DNA of 64,000 bases from an uncultured delta proteobacterium (GCA_963711565.1 CAVQEQ010000004.1:256001-320000), one strand, 5' to 3'. Positions 18,929-30,000 are shown, counted from the stretch's first letter. Translations and numbers: made by a program. The notes: generated from the letters alone by a model not told the origin.

Positions 18929-19903
18929 TCAGGTCAACTCTTCCGCCGCTTTGACGATATCACCCGCGCTCGGCAGCGACGCGTGCTCGAGATGCTTGTT
19001 ATATGGCATCGGTGAATCGAGCGCGGCGACGCGGACGACGGGCGCGTCCAGCGAATCGAAGGCGGCCTCGTGAATCTGCGCGGCAATCTCGGCAACGGCG
19101 CCGCCCGTGCGCCATCCTTCGTAAGCGACGATCGCCCGTCCGGTCTTTTTCACCGACGCGATCACCGTCGCCATGTCGAGCGGGTTCAGCGTTCTGAGAT
19201 CAACTATCTCGGCGTCGATGCCCGAGTTCTCGAGCACTTCCGCCGCGGCGATCGCGTCGTACACGCACTTCGAGTAAGTGACTATAGTCACATCCTTACC
19301 TTCGCGGATTACATTCGCCTTGCCGAACGGCACCATGAACTCTGGATCCTCAGGCACTTCGCCCTTCACGCCGTACAGCGACTCGTGTTCGAGGAACATC
19401 ACTGGATCGACCTGTCGAATCGCGGTTTTCAGCAATCCCTTGGCATCGGCGGGTGTGGCCGGGATGACCACGCGCAGCCCGGGGCAGTGCAGAAAGTACG
19501 CTTCGAGGCTCTGGCTGTGCTGCGCGCCAAGCTGATGGCCTCCGCCCTGCGGCGCGCGGATAACCAAAGGCACATTAGCCTTGCCACCGAACATGAAGTG
19601 TATTTTGGCCGCGCTATTGACTATTTGGTCTATAGCCAGAAGCGCAAAGTTGATAGTCATCAATTCGACTATTGGCTTGAGCCCGCCCATCGCAGCGCCG
19701 ATGCCCGCGCCGACTATCGTCAGTTCCGAGATTGGAGTGTCGCGCACGCGCTTCTCGCCATACACCGCCAGCAGTCCGTCGGTGACCTTGAACGCGCCGC
19801 CGAAGTAGCCGACCTCCTCGCCCATGATGAAGACGCGCTCGTCGCGATCGAGTTCCTCGCGCAAGGCCTGGTTCAACGCTTCGCGGTAAGTGATCTGCGC
19901 CAC
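18929..19903 (-). CDS. pdhB: Pyruvate dehydrogenase E1 beta
   Basis: GEEVG, DTPISE, GAQHSQ. Confidence 0.95.
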   Translation of the reverse strand: MAQITYREALNQALREELDRDERVFIMGEEVGYFGGAFKVTDGLLAVYGEKRVRDTPISELTIVGAGIGAAMGGLKPIVELMTINFALLAIDQIVNSAAKIHFMFGGKANVPLVIRAPQGGGHQLGAQHSQSLEAYFLHCPGLRVVIPATPADAKGLLKTAIRQVDPVMFLEHESLYGVKGEVPEDPEFMVPFGKANVIREGKDVTIVTYSKCVYDAIAAAEVLENSGIDAEIVDLRTLNPLDMATVIASVKKTGRAIVAYEGWRTGGAVAEIAAQIHEAAFDSLDAPVVRVAALDSPMPYNKHLEHASLPSAGDIVKAAEELT

Positions 19904-20917
19904 TCACTTTTCCTCGGAAGCGTAAACGCCCTTGCCGAGTTCATCCATCGACGGCTCGGGGCTCTCGTCGGCGAACTTGATCGCATCATCGACAGTCGCG
20001 GCGACTTCACGCTCGATTTCGTCGAGCTTCGCGTCGGTCGCGCGCTTCTCGGCGATCAGGCGACGGTGCAGATTCTTAATCGGGTCGCGTTCCTGCCAGA
20101 TTCTTTCCTCGCGCTTGGACCGGTACTCCGCCGGATCGGACATCGAATGGCCGCGGAAGCGGTAGGTGACGGCCTCGATCAACGACGGCCCGTCTCCCGC
20201 GCGCGCGCGGGCGACCGCTTCCATCGTGGCGCCGTAAACGTCGAGCACGTCCATCCCGTCCACGCGCACGCCCGGCATCTTGTACGGCTCGGCGAAGCGG
20301 TAGAGTTCCTCCTGGCTGATCGCATTCTGGACGAGCGTGCCCATCCCGTAAAAGTTGTTCTCGCAAATGAAAACCAGCGGCAGCTTCCACAGCGACGCCA
20401 TGTTGAGCGTCTCGTGAAAGGCGCCCTGCGGCAGCGCGCCGTCGCCGAAGAAGCAGCAGACGACTTCCGGGCCTTCGTTGTAACTGACCGCGAGCGCGAG
20501 GCCGCATGCGATCGGCAAGCCGCCGCCGACGATCGCGTAGCCGCCCATGAAGCGCAAATCCTGGTCGAACAGATGCATCGAGCCGCCGCGCCCGTGCGAG
20601 ATGCCCGTCGCCTTGCCGAACAACTCGGCCATCACGACGCGCGGGTCGGCGCCCTTGGCGAGGCAATGGCCGTGCTCGCGATAGGTCGAGACGACGTAGT
20701 CCTTGTCGTACAGCGCATAGATAGCCCCGACCGCCACGGCCTCCTCGCCGGCATAGAGATGGCAGAAGCCAGTGATCTTGCCGCGGCTGTACATCTCGGC
20801 GGTCTTCTCTTCGAAGCGGCGGATGAGCGTCATGCGGCGATAGAGGTCGAGGAGCTGGCTCTCGTGGAGCGTCAGCAGCGCGTGCTGAGCGGTATGCTTG
20901 TCGCGTTCGAGCGCCAT
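19904..20917 (-). CDS. pdhA: Pyruvate dehydrogenase E1 alpha
   Basis: GFCHLY.GEEA, GRGGSMH, GDGA...NN, YRFRGHSMSDP; start set at ATG 20917. Confidence 0.95.
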   Translation of the reverse strand: MALERDKHTAQHALLTLHESQLLDLYRRMTLIRRFEEKTAEMYSRGKITGFCHLYAGEEAVAVGAIYALYDKDYVVSTYREHGHCLAKGADPRVVMAELFGKATGISHGRGGSMHLFDQDLRFMGGYAIVGGGLPIACGLALAVSYNEGPEVVCCFFGDGALPQGAFHETLNMASLWKLPLVFICENNFYGMGTLVQNAISQEELYRFAEPYKMPGVRVDGMDVLDVYGATMEAVARARAGDGPSLIEAVTYRFRGHSMSDPAEYRSKREERIWQERDPIKNLHRRLIAEKRATDAKLDEIEREVAATVDDAIKFADESPEPSMDELGKGVYASEEK

Positions 20918-20985
20918 GAACTTAATTGTAGTGCAACCCGTCGTTTGTTTCACGCTGCGGAGGTTCCGCGCGATTCCGATGACTG

Positions 20986-21013
20986 TTGACTTGGCGCTCA
21001 ACGCGGGTAGTGT
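20986..21013 (+). promoter_or_regulatory. Putative sigma70 promoter for the riboswitch transcript
   Basis: TTGACT-16 nt-TAGTGT, placing +1 near 21020 at the first riboswitch helix. Confidence 0.5.
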
Positions 21014-21020
21014 TCATTCA

Positions 21021-21151
21021 GATTCGCCTGGGGAAGCCGGTGAGAGGCCGGCGCTGCCCCGCAACTGTGAGATGAGCGTCATGCGACGCTCATCGAGTCA
21101 GGCGACCTGGCGAATCGACGGAGCCGTAAGAACCTTCGCGGGAGAGGGAGG
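21021..21151 (+). ncRNA. Cobalamin riboswitch (compact)
   Basis: GGGAA-GCCGGTGAGAGGCCGGC-GCTGCCCCGCAACTGT; B12 box GAGTCAGGCGACCTG; closing helix gattcgcc/ggcgaatc; downstream ccttcgcgggagagggagg whose gcggg can pair with the cccgc loop. Confidence 0.92.
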
Positions 21152-21175
21152 CTTCAGGAGTCTTTTCAGTGACTG

Positions 21176-22039
21176 GTGCCGGAGGTTCCCTGCCGCACAG
21201 TCGCCCATCGCTCCTGGCCATTCCATCTTCAGCTCGCGAAGCCTCGGCCGGGCGACTTGGAAAACGAAGACAAATCGCATCCTTTGTATGAGTCGACAGC
21301 GCCGCCTTCGCGGCGTCATCTCGCGTCGTTCGCGGCTTCGATCGCCGCTCATGCCGCTATCGTCGGGCTGATCCTGTGCTTCGCCGCGCCGCGCGCGCGA
21401 GTGCATAGCGAGTGGGTGCTGGCCTATCTGGTCGAAGGCACGGATGGTGTCTCCGGACGCGGCGGCGCGAGCGCCACCGCGCCCGGAGCGGCCGCGATGC
21501 GCGCGGCAGGCGCGCCGCCCGCGGCGATGCCGCTCGCCGCGGCGCACAAGCCACGTCTCGCGCCGGTGCATGCAGTCGCGCAAGCGCGACCGCCCGCACC
21601 GGCGCACAACGCCCCAGCCGCGTCGCATAGCGACGCGGCTGGCTCCGATGCCCGAGCCGCCGTTTCCGGAAACGGCGGCTCGGGCGCCGGAACAGGAGCA
21701 GGCCCGAGCGCCGCCCCCGGCGGCGACGGCGCTGGCGACTCTGACTCGACCGCGCACGCCGACTACGGCAGCGATCCTCCTCCCGTCTATCCTGCTGTTG
21801 CACGCCGACGGGAGGAGCAGGGCACCGTCACAGTGCGGGTGCTGATCGGCGCCGACGGGTCCGTCGAGCGCGCCGAAATCGCGGATTCGTCCGGCTTCGA
21901 CTCGCTCGATGACGCAGCATTGGAGGCCGTCCGTTCGCGATGGCGTTTCGTGCCGGCTCGCCACGGCGGCCTCGCCGTTGAGAGCTGGGTTTTGGTGCCG
22001 ATACGATTTGCCCTGGTCGAGGCCGACGCCGTTCGCTGA
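21176..22039 (+). CDS. tonB: Energy transducer TonB
   Basis: TM anchor SIAAHAAI, Ala/Pro/Gly linker, PPVYPAVARRREEQGTVTV...SSGFDSLDDAALEAV..WRFVPA. Start uncertain (GTG 21176 or TTG 21257). Confidence 0.88.
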   Translation: MPEVPCRTVAHRSWPFHLQLAKPRPGDLENEDKSHPLYESTAPPSRRHLASFAASIAAHAAIVGLILCFAAPRARVHSEWVLAYLVEGTDGVSGRGGASATAPGAAAMRAAGAPPAAMPLAAAHKPRLAPVHAVAQARPPAPAHNAPAASHSDAAGSDARAAVSGNGGSGAGTGAGPSAAPGGDGAGDSDSTAHADYGSDPPPVYPAVARRREEQGTVTVRVLIGADGSVERAEIADSSGFDSLDDAALEAVRSRWRFVPARHGGLAVESWVLVPIRFALVEADAVR

Positions 22040-22107
22040 ACTTCGCGCCCCGTGGTGATTATCGCGACAAGCCGTGATATAAGCCCAATCCGAGGAGGGT
22101 AGGAAAG

Positions 22108-22617
22108 ATGGCTGCGAAAGCATGTACTACTCTGGCGGCGGCGGGGTTGATTGTAGCGGTGGCGATTCTTGCTCCCATCCGCGCTCGCGCGATCGAAGTC
22201 AAAAAGGACCTCTACAACAACAGCGGTCCGGGCGGTCCGAGTGCTTCAGGTCCGGCGAAAGAGAATCCCATTCCCAAGGCGCAGGCCCAGGAGCTGAGCG
22301 ACACGATTGCGAACGAATCCGACACCTATGTCAGCGACGAGAGCGAGAAGAAGTCGTCGGGCCAGGTGTACGTCGATCTCGAGCACGCCAAGTTCCTCTA
22401 CTTGCCAACGATGAAGGCTGGCCACTGGACCGTGCTCGCGAAGCTGCAGGCGGCCGAGTACAAGCCGTCCAAGAGCGGCGAGGGCCGCGGCAAGCCGACC
22501 GGCAGGCAGAGGATTTTGGTGTTCACCTACCGCCTCGACGGCAGCAAGTGGACCGAGGTCGAGCAGCCGAAATGGGAAGACGTTGACGCCACTGGCGCAG
22601 CCGCCGCCGCGAAATAG
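22108..22617 (+). CDS. Exported hypothetical protein
   Basis: GGAGG/AGGA RBS, signal peptide ending ARA, host-like codon usage. Confidence 0.75.
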   Translation: MAAKACTTLAAAGLIVAVAILAPIRARAIEVKKDLYNNSGPGGPSASGPAKENPIPKAQAQELSDTIANESDTYVSDESEKKSSGQVYVDLEHAKFLYLPTMKAGHWTVLAKLQAAEYKPSKSGEGRGKPTGRQRILVFTYRLDGSKWTEVEQPKWEDVDATGAAAAAK

Positions 22618-22660
22618 TCTTTTCAGTGACGCGGAGTAGCTTCTCCGCTGACAAACAAAA

Positions 22661-23092
22661 GTGAAAAGCAGAATACAGGACGATCTCAAGGCCGCGATGA
22701 AGAGCGGCGACAAGTTGCGCATGATGGCGTTGCGCAGTGTGCTGTCGGAGATCTCGCGCCTTGAGAAAGATGTTCGCCGCGACCCCAACGACGCCGAGAT
22801 TCTGCAAATCATCAAGCGCGAGCGGGCCAAGCGCGAAGAGTCGCTGGAATTCGCGCGCAAGGCCGCGCGCCAGGACTTGATCGATCAGAACGAGACCGAG
22901 GCGAGGATCCTCGAGTCATATCTGCCCGCTACAGCTTCGGCCGACGAAGTGCGCGCCGAAATCGCGGCCGCGATTGCGGCCGGCGCGTCGCAGATGGGCC
23001 CTCTGATGAAGGCGCTGCGCGACAAGTTCGGCGCGGGACTCGACGGCAAGACCGCCAGCGAACTCGCCAAGGAAGCGCTCGCGAAGAAGTAG
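22661..23092 (+). CDS. GatB/YqeY domain protein
   Basis: IQDDLKAAMKSGDK, KREESL, EARILESYLP, MGPLMK, DGK. Confidence 0.92.
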   Translation: MKSRIQDDLKAAMKSGDKLRMMALRSVLSEISRLEKDVRRDPNDAEILQIIKRERAKREESLEFARKAARQDLIDQNETEARILESYLPATASADEVRAEIAAAIAAGASQMGPLMKALRDKFGAGLDGKTASELAKEALAKK

Positions 23093-23101
23093 CTCGCGTC
23101 T

Positions 23102-23659
23102 CTATCGCAATCTCTTAAACAGTCCGGGATAGGTGACGACCAGCGCGTGACTGTCCACTTCGATATCGCGCGTGAAGTCGCTGTCGAGCGATTCGTAGCG
23201 GTAACGCTTGCGCGGCTCGAGGCACGTGTAGCGTTGCGGGTCGGTCGCGAGGGTGAGTGCAGGCGCGAGAATATAGACGGGGACAATCTCGGCGGATTGG
23301 CCGGTTCTCAGCTTGAGCCTGCGAATCGGCAGCGTGTTCGTGAACGGCGTCGCCGACAGATCAATATCGATCGCGCCGGCCAGCTTCGGCATGGGCTTGC
23401 CCATCGCGTCGGTCCAGTTGCCCTTGCCGTCGCCGGCGATTTCAATCTTGCGACTCTCACCGACCATCGCGAGCTCGGCGCTTCTCACACGCCACGACTT
23501 GTCGCATCGAATACGATACCGAATCGCAAAGAAGGAGTCGTTCGCCGATCCGACGACCACCGACTCGGCGACAATCTCGCGCGGGCCTTCGCGGAGAACG
23601 AGATGCTCGATTCCTCGCGCGTCCCAATCCTGCCATCGCGCCACGACTTGCTTGCTCAT
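23102..23659 (-). CDS. Putative glycolipid-binding domain protein (DUF1089-like)
   Basis: YRIRCDKSWR, DIDLSATPFTNTLPIRRL, QRYT, VVTYPGLF. Confidence 0.85.
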   Translation of the reverse strand: MSKQVVARWQDWDARGIEHLVLREGPREIVAESVVVGSANDSFFAIRYRIRCDKSWRVRSAELAMVGESRKIEIAGDGKGNWTDAMGKPMPKLAGAIDIDLSATPFTNTLPIRRLKLRTGQSAEIVPVYILAPALTLATDPQRYTCLEPRKRYRYESLDSDFTRDIEVDSHALVVTYPGLFKRLR

Positions 23660-23837
23660 GCATCAGCGTATCGCACAGTTTTCCGGCGCGACGCTATCCG
23701 CGAGATTGCGGTTGACGCCCAAACCCCTTTCCCGCTAGCAGTTGGGCGTAATTCCAGGTCCAAGTCCCGAGGTACAAACCACATGGCGATCGCAACCGGC
23801 GCGGGATTGCTGTAGGCGTCGCACGCGCGAGGTTCCC

Positions 23838-24992
23838 ATGGCTGAAAAAATCGAACCGTTCCGCGTCGCGGTACCCGACGAAGTGCTCGCCGACTTGCGC
23901 GCGCGGCTCAGCATCACGCGCTTTCCCGACGAGGTTCCCGATACCGGCTGGGAGTACGGCACCAATCTCGCCTACTTGAAGGATTTGGTCGAGTACTGGC
24001 GGACGAAGTACGACTGGCGCGCGCATGAACGGGAGATCAATCGCTTCGCGCATTTCAAGGCCAGCGTTGACGGACTCGGAATTCATTTCATCCACGAAAA
24101 AGGCAAGGGGCCGAATCCCAAACCGTTGCTACTGATTCACGGATGGCCGGGTTCGATCTGCGAGTTTATGCAAATCATCCCGATGCTCACCGATCCTGCC
24201 GCGCACGGCGGCGATGCGAAGGATTCGTTCACCGTGGTCGCGCCGTCGCTGCCGGGCTATGGATTTTCGGATCATCCGCGCGCTCGCGCGATGAATATCC
24301 AGGCGATGGCGGATCTGTTTCACAAGCTGATGACCGAGACGCTCGGCTACAAGCGCTACGCGGTGCAGGGCGGCGACTGGGGCGCGGCGATCACGTCGCG
24401 AATCGGCGAAGTGCACGCCGACAGCGTCTTCGGGATTCACATCAATATGATCGCGATCGGTCCGGCCGAAGGACGCAGCGCCCCCGAGCTGACTCCCGAA
24501 GAGAAAGTGTTCCTCGGCGACCTGGAAAAATTCCGCACCGCCGAGACCGGCTACCAATGGATACAAGGCACCAAGCCGCAGACGCTCGCGTACGGCCTCA
24601 ACGATTCGCCCGCCGGACTACTGGCGTGGATCGTCGAGAAGTTCCGCACCTGGAGCGACTGTCATGGCGACGTTGAGAAGAGTTTCACGCGCGATCAGAT
24701 TCTGACCAACGTGATGATCTACTGGATCACGCAGACGATTAATTCGTCAACTCGGCTGTACTACGAGGCGCGGCATCAACCGTGGCGCCTCAAGCCCGGC
24801 ACGCGAATCGAGGCGCCGACCGCCGTCGCATTGTTCCCGGCCGAGTTGGTGCGTCCGCCGCGGCACTGGGCCGAGCGCGTATATAATGTCCGGCGCTGGA
24901 CTGTGATGCCGAAGGGCGGCCATTTCGCCGCGATGGAAGAACCGGAGCTGCTGGCGAAAGATGTTCGAGAATTCTACAGAGAGTTGAATTGA
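23838..24992 (+). CDS. Epoxide hydrolase (EHN + alpha/beta hydrolase)
   Basis: YWRTKYDWR, HGWPGS, GGDWG, GGHFAAMEEP; GAGG RBS before ATG 23838. Confidence 0.93.
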   Translation: MAEKIEPFRVAVPDEVLADLRARLSITRFPDEVPDTGWEYGTNLAYLKDLVEYWRTKYDWRAHEREINRFAHFKASVDGLGIHFIHEKGKGPNPKPLLLIHGWPGSICEFMQIIPMLTDPAAHGGDAKDSFTVVAPSLPGYGFSDHPRARAMNIQAMADLFHKLMTETLGYKRYAVQGGDWGAAITSRIGEVHADSVFGIHINMIAIGPAEGRSAPELTPEEKVFLGDLEKFRTAETGYQWIQGTKPQTLAYGLNDSPAGLLAWIVEKFRTWSDCHGDVEKSFTRDQILTNVMIYWITQTINSSTRLYYEARHQPWRLKPGTRIEAPTAVALFPAELVRPPRHWAERVYNVRRWTVMPKGGHFAAMEEPELLAKDVREFYRELN

Positions 24993-24993
24993 A

Positions 24994-26967
24994 TCACGCC
25001 GATGCGGCTTCGTCGAACTTGACGAGGTCGGCGTACAGCTTCTCGATCTCGCGGCCGAGCCGTTCGTAGCGGGCAATCAGATCGTCGGCGTCTTTGCGCG
25101 CTAGATAGAAATTCGGATCGTTCATCTCGGTGGCAATCGCGGCGCGTTCGTTTTCCTTCTGTTCGATCTCGGCTTCGATCTGTCCACGCTGGCGGGCGAT
25201 TCGCTCGCGCTTGCGAGAAGCGTCGCGATCGTCTTTCTCCGGATGCGCGGCCTTCGGAGTTTCTTTCTTCTTTGGTTGCGGCGCGGTGCCATTGTTGCCG
25301 CGCGCGTCGCGCAAATGCACCGGCGCGGACCGCACGGGCTGCGCCGACGCCGACGGCGCCTCGGTCTGCGCCTTCTTCTCGAGGTACTCGTCGTAGTTGC
25401 CTAGGTAGCGAATCGCTTGTCCCTGGCCGACTTCGAGCACTTCGGTCACCAGCTCATTCAGGATGAAGCGATCGTGACTGACAATTATAACGGTGCCCGG
25501 AAATCGACGGAGCGCTTCCAGCAGCGTGTCCTTCGCGACGATATCGAGGTTGTTGGTCGGTTCGTCGAGCAGCAGGCAATTGCTCGGATGCGCGAGTACT
25601 TTCGCCAGCGCGAGCCGCGCGCGCTCGCCGCCCGACAGCACTTCGACCCGCTTCTGCACGTCGTCGCCCGAGAACAGCATCGCGCCGAGAATCGCGCGAA
25701 TCTCCGCCATCGTGCGGCCCTGCGCGCTGTCGCTCAGCTCGTCGAGCACCGTCTTGTCATACGAGAGCGACTCGGCGAGATTCTGCGCGAAGTACCCGGC
25801 CTGCACGCTGGCGCCCACGATTCGCTCGCCGCCGGTCATCGGCTCGACGCCCGCCAGCAGCTTCATCATGGTGGATTTTCCCGAGCCGTTGGGACCGACG
25901 AGAGCGATTCGCGCGCCGCGCTCGATCGTCAGATCGACGCCGTCGTAAACCGTGTGCGCGCCGTAGCGTTTGACCGCGCCCTTGAGCTCGAACACGCGCC
26001 GCGTGCTGCGCTCGCATTTGGGAAACGAAATCGCGGGCGGCTTCTGCGATCCTTCCGGCGGCTCGAGGCGTTCGAGCTTGTCGAGCTGCTTGATGCGGCT
26101 TTGCACGAGGCGCGCCTTGCTCGCCTGGTAGCGGAAGCGGCTGATGAAGCTTTCCATGTGCTCGATCTCTTCGCGCTGCCGCTCGTACGCCGCCATCTCG
26201 AGCGCGAACCGTTCCTCGCGCAGGACGAGGTAGCGCGAGTAGCCGCCGACGTATTCGGTCAGCCGCCCGCGCGACACTTCGACGGTGCGCTTGGTCACGC
26301 GGTCGAGAAAATAGCGGTCATGCGAGACGAGAATGATGCCGCCCTGGTACGCGACCAGGTAATCCTCGAGCCAGTTGCGCGCCTCGATGTCGAGATGGTT
26401 GGTCGGCTCGTCGAGCATCATGAAGTCGGGCGCGTCGAGCAGGAGCTTCGCCAGCGCGATACGCATCCGGATGCCGCCGGAGAATTCGCTGACATCGCGC
26501 GCGAGGTCTTCATCCGTAAAGCCCAGCCCGAACAGCACCGAGGTGGCGCGACTCTCGGCGCTGTAGAAGTCGTGATGCTCGAGCTCGGTCAGCACCTCGC
26601 CTAATTCCTCGAGCGCGGCGTCATGCGCCGGCCCGGAATGCTCGTGCGCGAGAATCTGCTCGACCTCCTTGCGGCGCAGGTCGAGCGCCTGCATCCGGTC
26701 CAGCGCCGCCAGCGTCTCGCGTAGCACCGACCTGCCGCCCATCTCGGGCGCGTCCTGCGCCAGGTAGCCGACGCGGGTGCGCTGCGGCCGGGCGATTCGC
26801 CCCGAATCCAGCGGGATCACCTCGGCGATCATCTTGAGCAGCGTCGATTTGCCGGCCCCGTTGAGCCCGACCAGGCCGACCCGGCCGTCGTCGGCCATCG
26901 ACCAGCTCACCCCGTCGAGGATCTTGCGGCCCCCGTAGGACTTGGAAAGGTTGTCGAGACTAAGCAT
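24994..26967 (-). CDS. ABC-F family ATPase
   Basis: Two NBDs (GLNGAGKST, GPNGSGKST; DEPTNHLD, DEPTNNLD), no TM segments, coiled-coil tail. Confidence 0.93.
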   Translation of the reverse strand: MLSLDNLSKSYGGRKILDGVSWSMADDGRVGLVGLNGAGKSTLLKMIAEVIPLDSGRIARPQRTRVGYLAQDAPEMGGRSVLRETLAALDRMQALDLRRKEVEQILAHEHSGPAHDAALEELGEVLTELEHHDFYSAESRATSVLFGLGFTDEDLARDVSEFSGGIRMRIALAKLLLDAPDFMMLDEPTNHLDIEARNWLEDYLVAYQGGIILVSHDRYFLDRVTKRTVEVSRGRLTEYVGGYSRYLVLREERFALEMAAYERQREEIEHMESFISRFRYQASKARLVQSRIKQLDKLERLEPPEGSQKPPAISFPKCERSTRRVFELKGAVKRYGAHTVYDGVDLTIERGARIALVGPNGSGKSTMMKLLAGVEPMTGGERIVGASVQAGYFAQNLAESLSYDKTVLDELSDSAQGRTMAEIRAILGAMLFSGDDVQKRVEVLSGGERARLALAKVLAHPSNCLLLDEPTNNLDIVAKDTLLEALRRFPGTVIIVSHDRFILNELVTEVLEVGQGQAIRYLGNYDEYLEKKAQTEAPSASAQPVRSAPVHLRDARGNNGTAPQPKKKETPKAAHPEKDDRDASRKRERIARQRGQIEAEIEQKENERAAIATEMNDPNFYLARKDADDLIARYERLGREIEKLYADLVKFDEAASA

Positions 26968-27080
26968 GGTGAAAGAAGTCATCTTAACAGCGCCGTTTGC
27001 GTGCCGAAAGTGACGCCCGCCCGCCATGATGTTTGAGGGGCTTCCTTGAAACCGAACATTATGTTAGGAAATGTTACACT

Positions 27081-30000
27081 ATGGCAAAATTCGCCCCCGG
27101 TTATCCGCTGCCCAGGAGCGCTGACGAGTTCGAAAGACTCTGTCTGAAGCTGCTGCGGCGTCATTGGCAGCTTCCTCAGCTCGAGCGATTCCGCGACCCG
27201 GATCGCGCCGAGAAGGGGATCAACCTGATCGAGATCAGCGGCCGTCCGCGACTCGCCGCCGTCAAGTGCGATCTGCGCGCCTCGCGCAGCGAACTGACGA
27301 TTGCCGAGATCAAGGACGCCGTGGACCGGGCCGCGAGCCTGAAGCTTCCAATCGGACGCTTCGTGATCGCGACTACGGCCGCCAAGCCTGAAGGCTTGCA
27401 ACGGTCGCTGTTCGATCTCAACCGCGCCAACCGCAAGGACGGCATCTCGGCGATCGAAGTTCTGACGTGGGATGATATTGAGGAGCTGCTCGACGAGTAT
27501 CCTCAGATACTCACCGACTTCGGAACCGCCGCCAAGCGCCAGGCGCTGACGCGCGCCGACGCGGTCGTTCATCTCGAGGCACGATGCGAGCCCGCGGCGC
27601 CGGGACCGTCCGACGCGCTGGGAGAGGAGATCTCGGCCGCCGCGGCTTTTCTTGAGAGCCACCAATATCAGCTTGCGCGCCTCGCCCTGCTCCGGCTGCG
27701 CGAGCAGAAGTGGAGCCAGCTCTCAAACCTGCACAAGTTCCGCGTGCTCTCGTATCTCGGCGCCGCATGGCTGAAGGAAGGCGAGCCGCGCAAATCGGCG
27801 ATGCTGTTTATCGCGGCGAAATCGTTGCAGCCCGACGAGGAGAACGCGTGCACCAACGAGGCGCTCGCGCACGAGCTGCTCGGTGAACGCGAGCGCGCGT
27901 TCGCCCTGGCCGACAAGCTGCGGATGCAATTTCCGTCGAGCGGCCGCGCGGTCGCGCTGTGGCTCAACAACGCGCCCAAGTCTTACGATGCGAGGACGCT
28001 CGAGGAAAACGTCGCGCCCGAGCTCTCATCCGATCCGGAAGTCGCGGTCGTGATGGCGCGCCGCGCGCTGCTCGATGCGCACTTCGATCGCGCTGAGCGC
28101 TATGCTCGCCTCGCCAGCGCCGCGTTGCCGAACAACTCGATCCCGTGGCTCGTCCTCGGACAGGCGATTCTGCTCAACGAACTGGAAGTCGCGGGAGAGG
28201 GCACGAGCGATGCGCCCGCGCAAAACGACGAGAACCGCGTGCGCGAAGCCGAGACTTCCTTCACCCAGGCGCTCACCCTCGCGCAGGCCGAACACCAGGC
28301 CTCGAGCGAAGTACAGGCGCTGATCGGACGGGCGCAGGCGCGAATTGCGCTGCGCGACACCGACGGCGCGGGCAAGGATATCGAACAAGCCCATAGCCTG
28401 GAGCGCGAGGATGCCAACGGGCTGTGCGAGTATGGAATCGTCCTGCGATCGCGCGGCAGCCTGACCGAGGCAATCGAAGTGTTGCGCCGCGCCGCTTCCG
28501 TCGGCGGCCGCGACGACATCGACTACCATCTCGCGGTCACGCTGCGCGAACGCGACGAGCCCGGCGATTTGCAGGAGGCCACCGAGCTGCTGATTCGATC
28601 GATCGCGCGGCCCGACGCGATCCCCGCCGGCGATTTTCCCTTCGCGGTCGCGGCCGCGGTCGAAGCGCTTTCGACCGCCGAGCGTTATCACGACGCCGAC
28701 GCGTTGCTGACCTCGATTGCAGAAGGGCGCCTGCCCGCGGTCACGATGCGTACGTTGCGCGCCAATCTACGACTGTCGCAAGGCAAGTTCGATCAAGCGT
28801 CAAAGCTTGCCGACGAGGCCCTGTCCGGACTCACGCCCGACATCGGCGCCGACAACCGGCGCAAACTCGCCGCGCTGCTCCATGATTTGGGACGTTATCG
28901 CGATGCGCTGCCGCTGTGGCAAACGCTCGCGCCCGCCGGCACCGCCGGGACGGATACCCGCCGCCTGCTCGATTGTGCGGGCCGCCTCGGCCGCGAAGAC
29001 ATCGTCGCAGAGATCTCGCGCCAGTTGCATCCCGAGAAAGCAGTCGATGCCACCTCTGCCGCCGATCAGCTTGACAAACTCGAACGCAGCGATCCCGAAG
29101 CCGCCCTGGCCGAACTCGAAGAGATGCTCCACGCGCGTCCCGATGACCGCGTGCTGCGGCTGCGTCGCTCGATTGTCGCGGCTCGCCTCGGCAAGGTGGA
29201 TTTGGTCGTCGCCGATCCGAATGCGATGCCGCCGGCGCGGGAAATTCCGCCGGCTCTCGGCCGCGCCGCCGTGCAATTCATGCGCGACGGTGGCCGCGCC
29301 AACGAGTCGCTCGCCTATGCTTACGAATTGCTGCGCCGTCAGGGTGGCAGCGTCGATGCGCATCGCGCGTACCTCGCCGCGCTCGGACCGGTCGGCCCGA
29401 TGCCGCATGTGCCCGATTTCGATAGCGCCGGCTCCGGGTGCGCGCTCAGCTTTGTCGAAGAAGGTTCCAACAGCGAAAAATGGATCATGCTCGAGGACGC
29501 CAACGACGCCGACGAGGCGCTCGACGAGTACGGCCCGCAACATCCGATGACCAAGGCCGTCAAGGGCAAGAAGGCCGGTGAAAAGTTCCAGCTTCCCGAA
29601 GGCCGCTTCAGCCGCCGTCAGGCCACTGTCAAGCAGATGATCAGCAAGTACGCATATCGCTACATGGACGTGCTCATTAACTGGCAGGCGCGATTCCCCG
29701 GCCAGGCTGAAATCGAAATGAGCTACGTGCGCTCCGACGCAATTCCCTGGAGCGATATGAATGACAGCTTCGAGTCGTTGTTCGAAGCGAGCAGCGGCAA
29801 TGGCAACGGCAACGGCGTCGCCATTGGCAATGGTGTCGCCAACGGCAAGGCTAATGGAATCGCCAATGGCCATGCCAACGTGAGTGCCAGCGGCAAGCGC
29901 GAGGACGTCCTCAAGCAGGCCGAGCGCACCTACGCCGACAACTCCATCCCGATCCATGCGGTGGCGGAACGGCTCAACCTGAACGATTTGCAGACCGTGT

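Noticed and set aside
29790-29890. Asn-Gly-rich stretch (GNGNGNG...ANG) in the PIN protein
   Set aside because: Low-complexity linker between domains; no evidence of an independent element.
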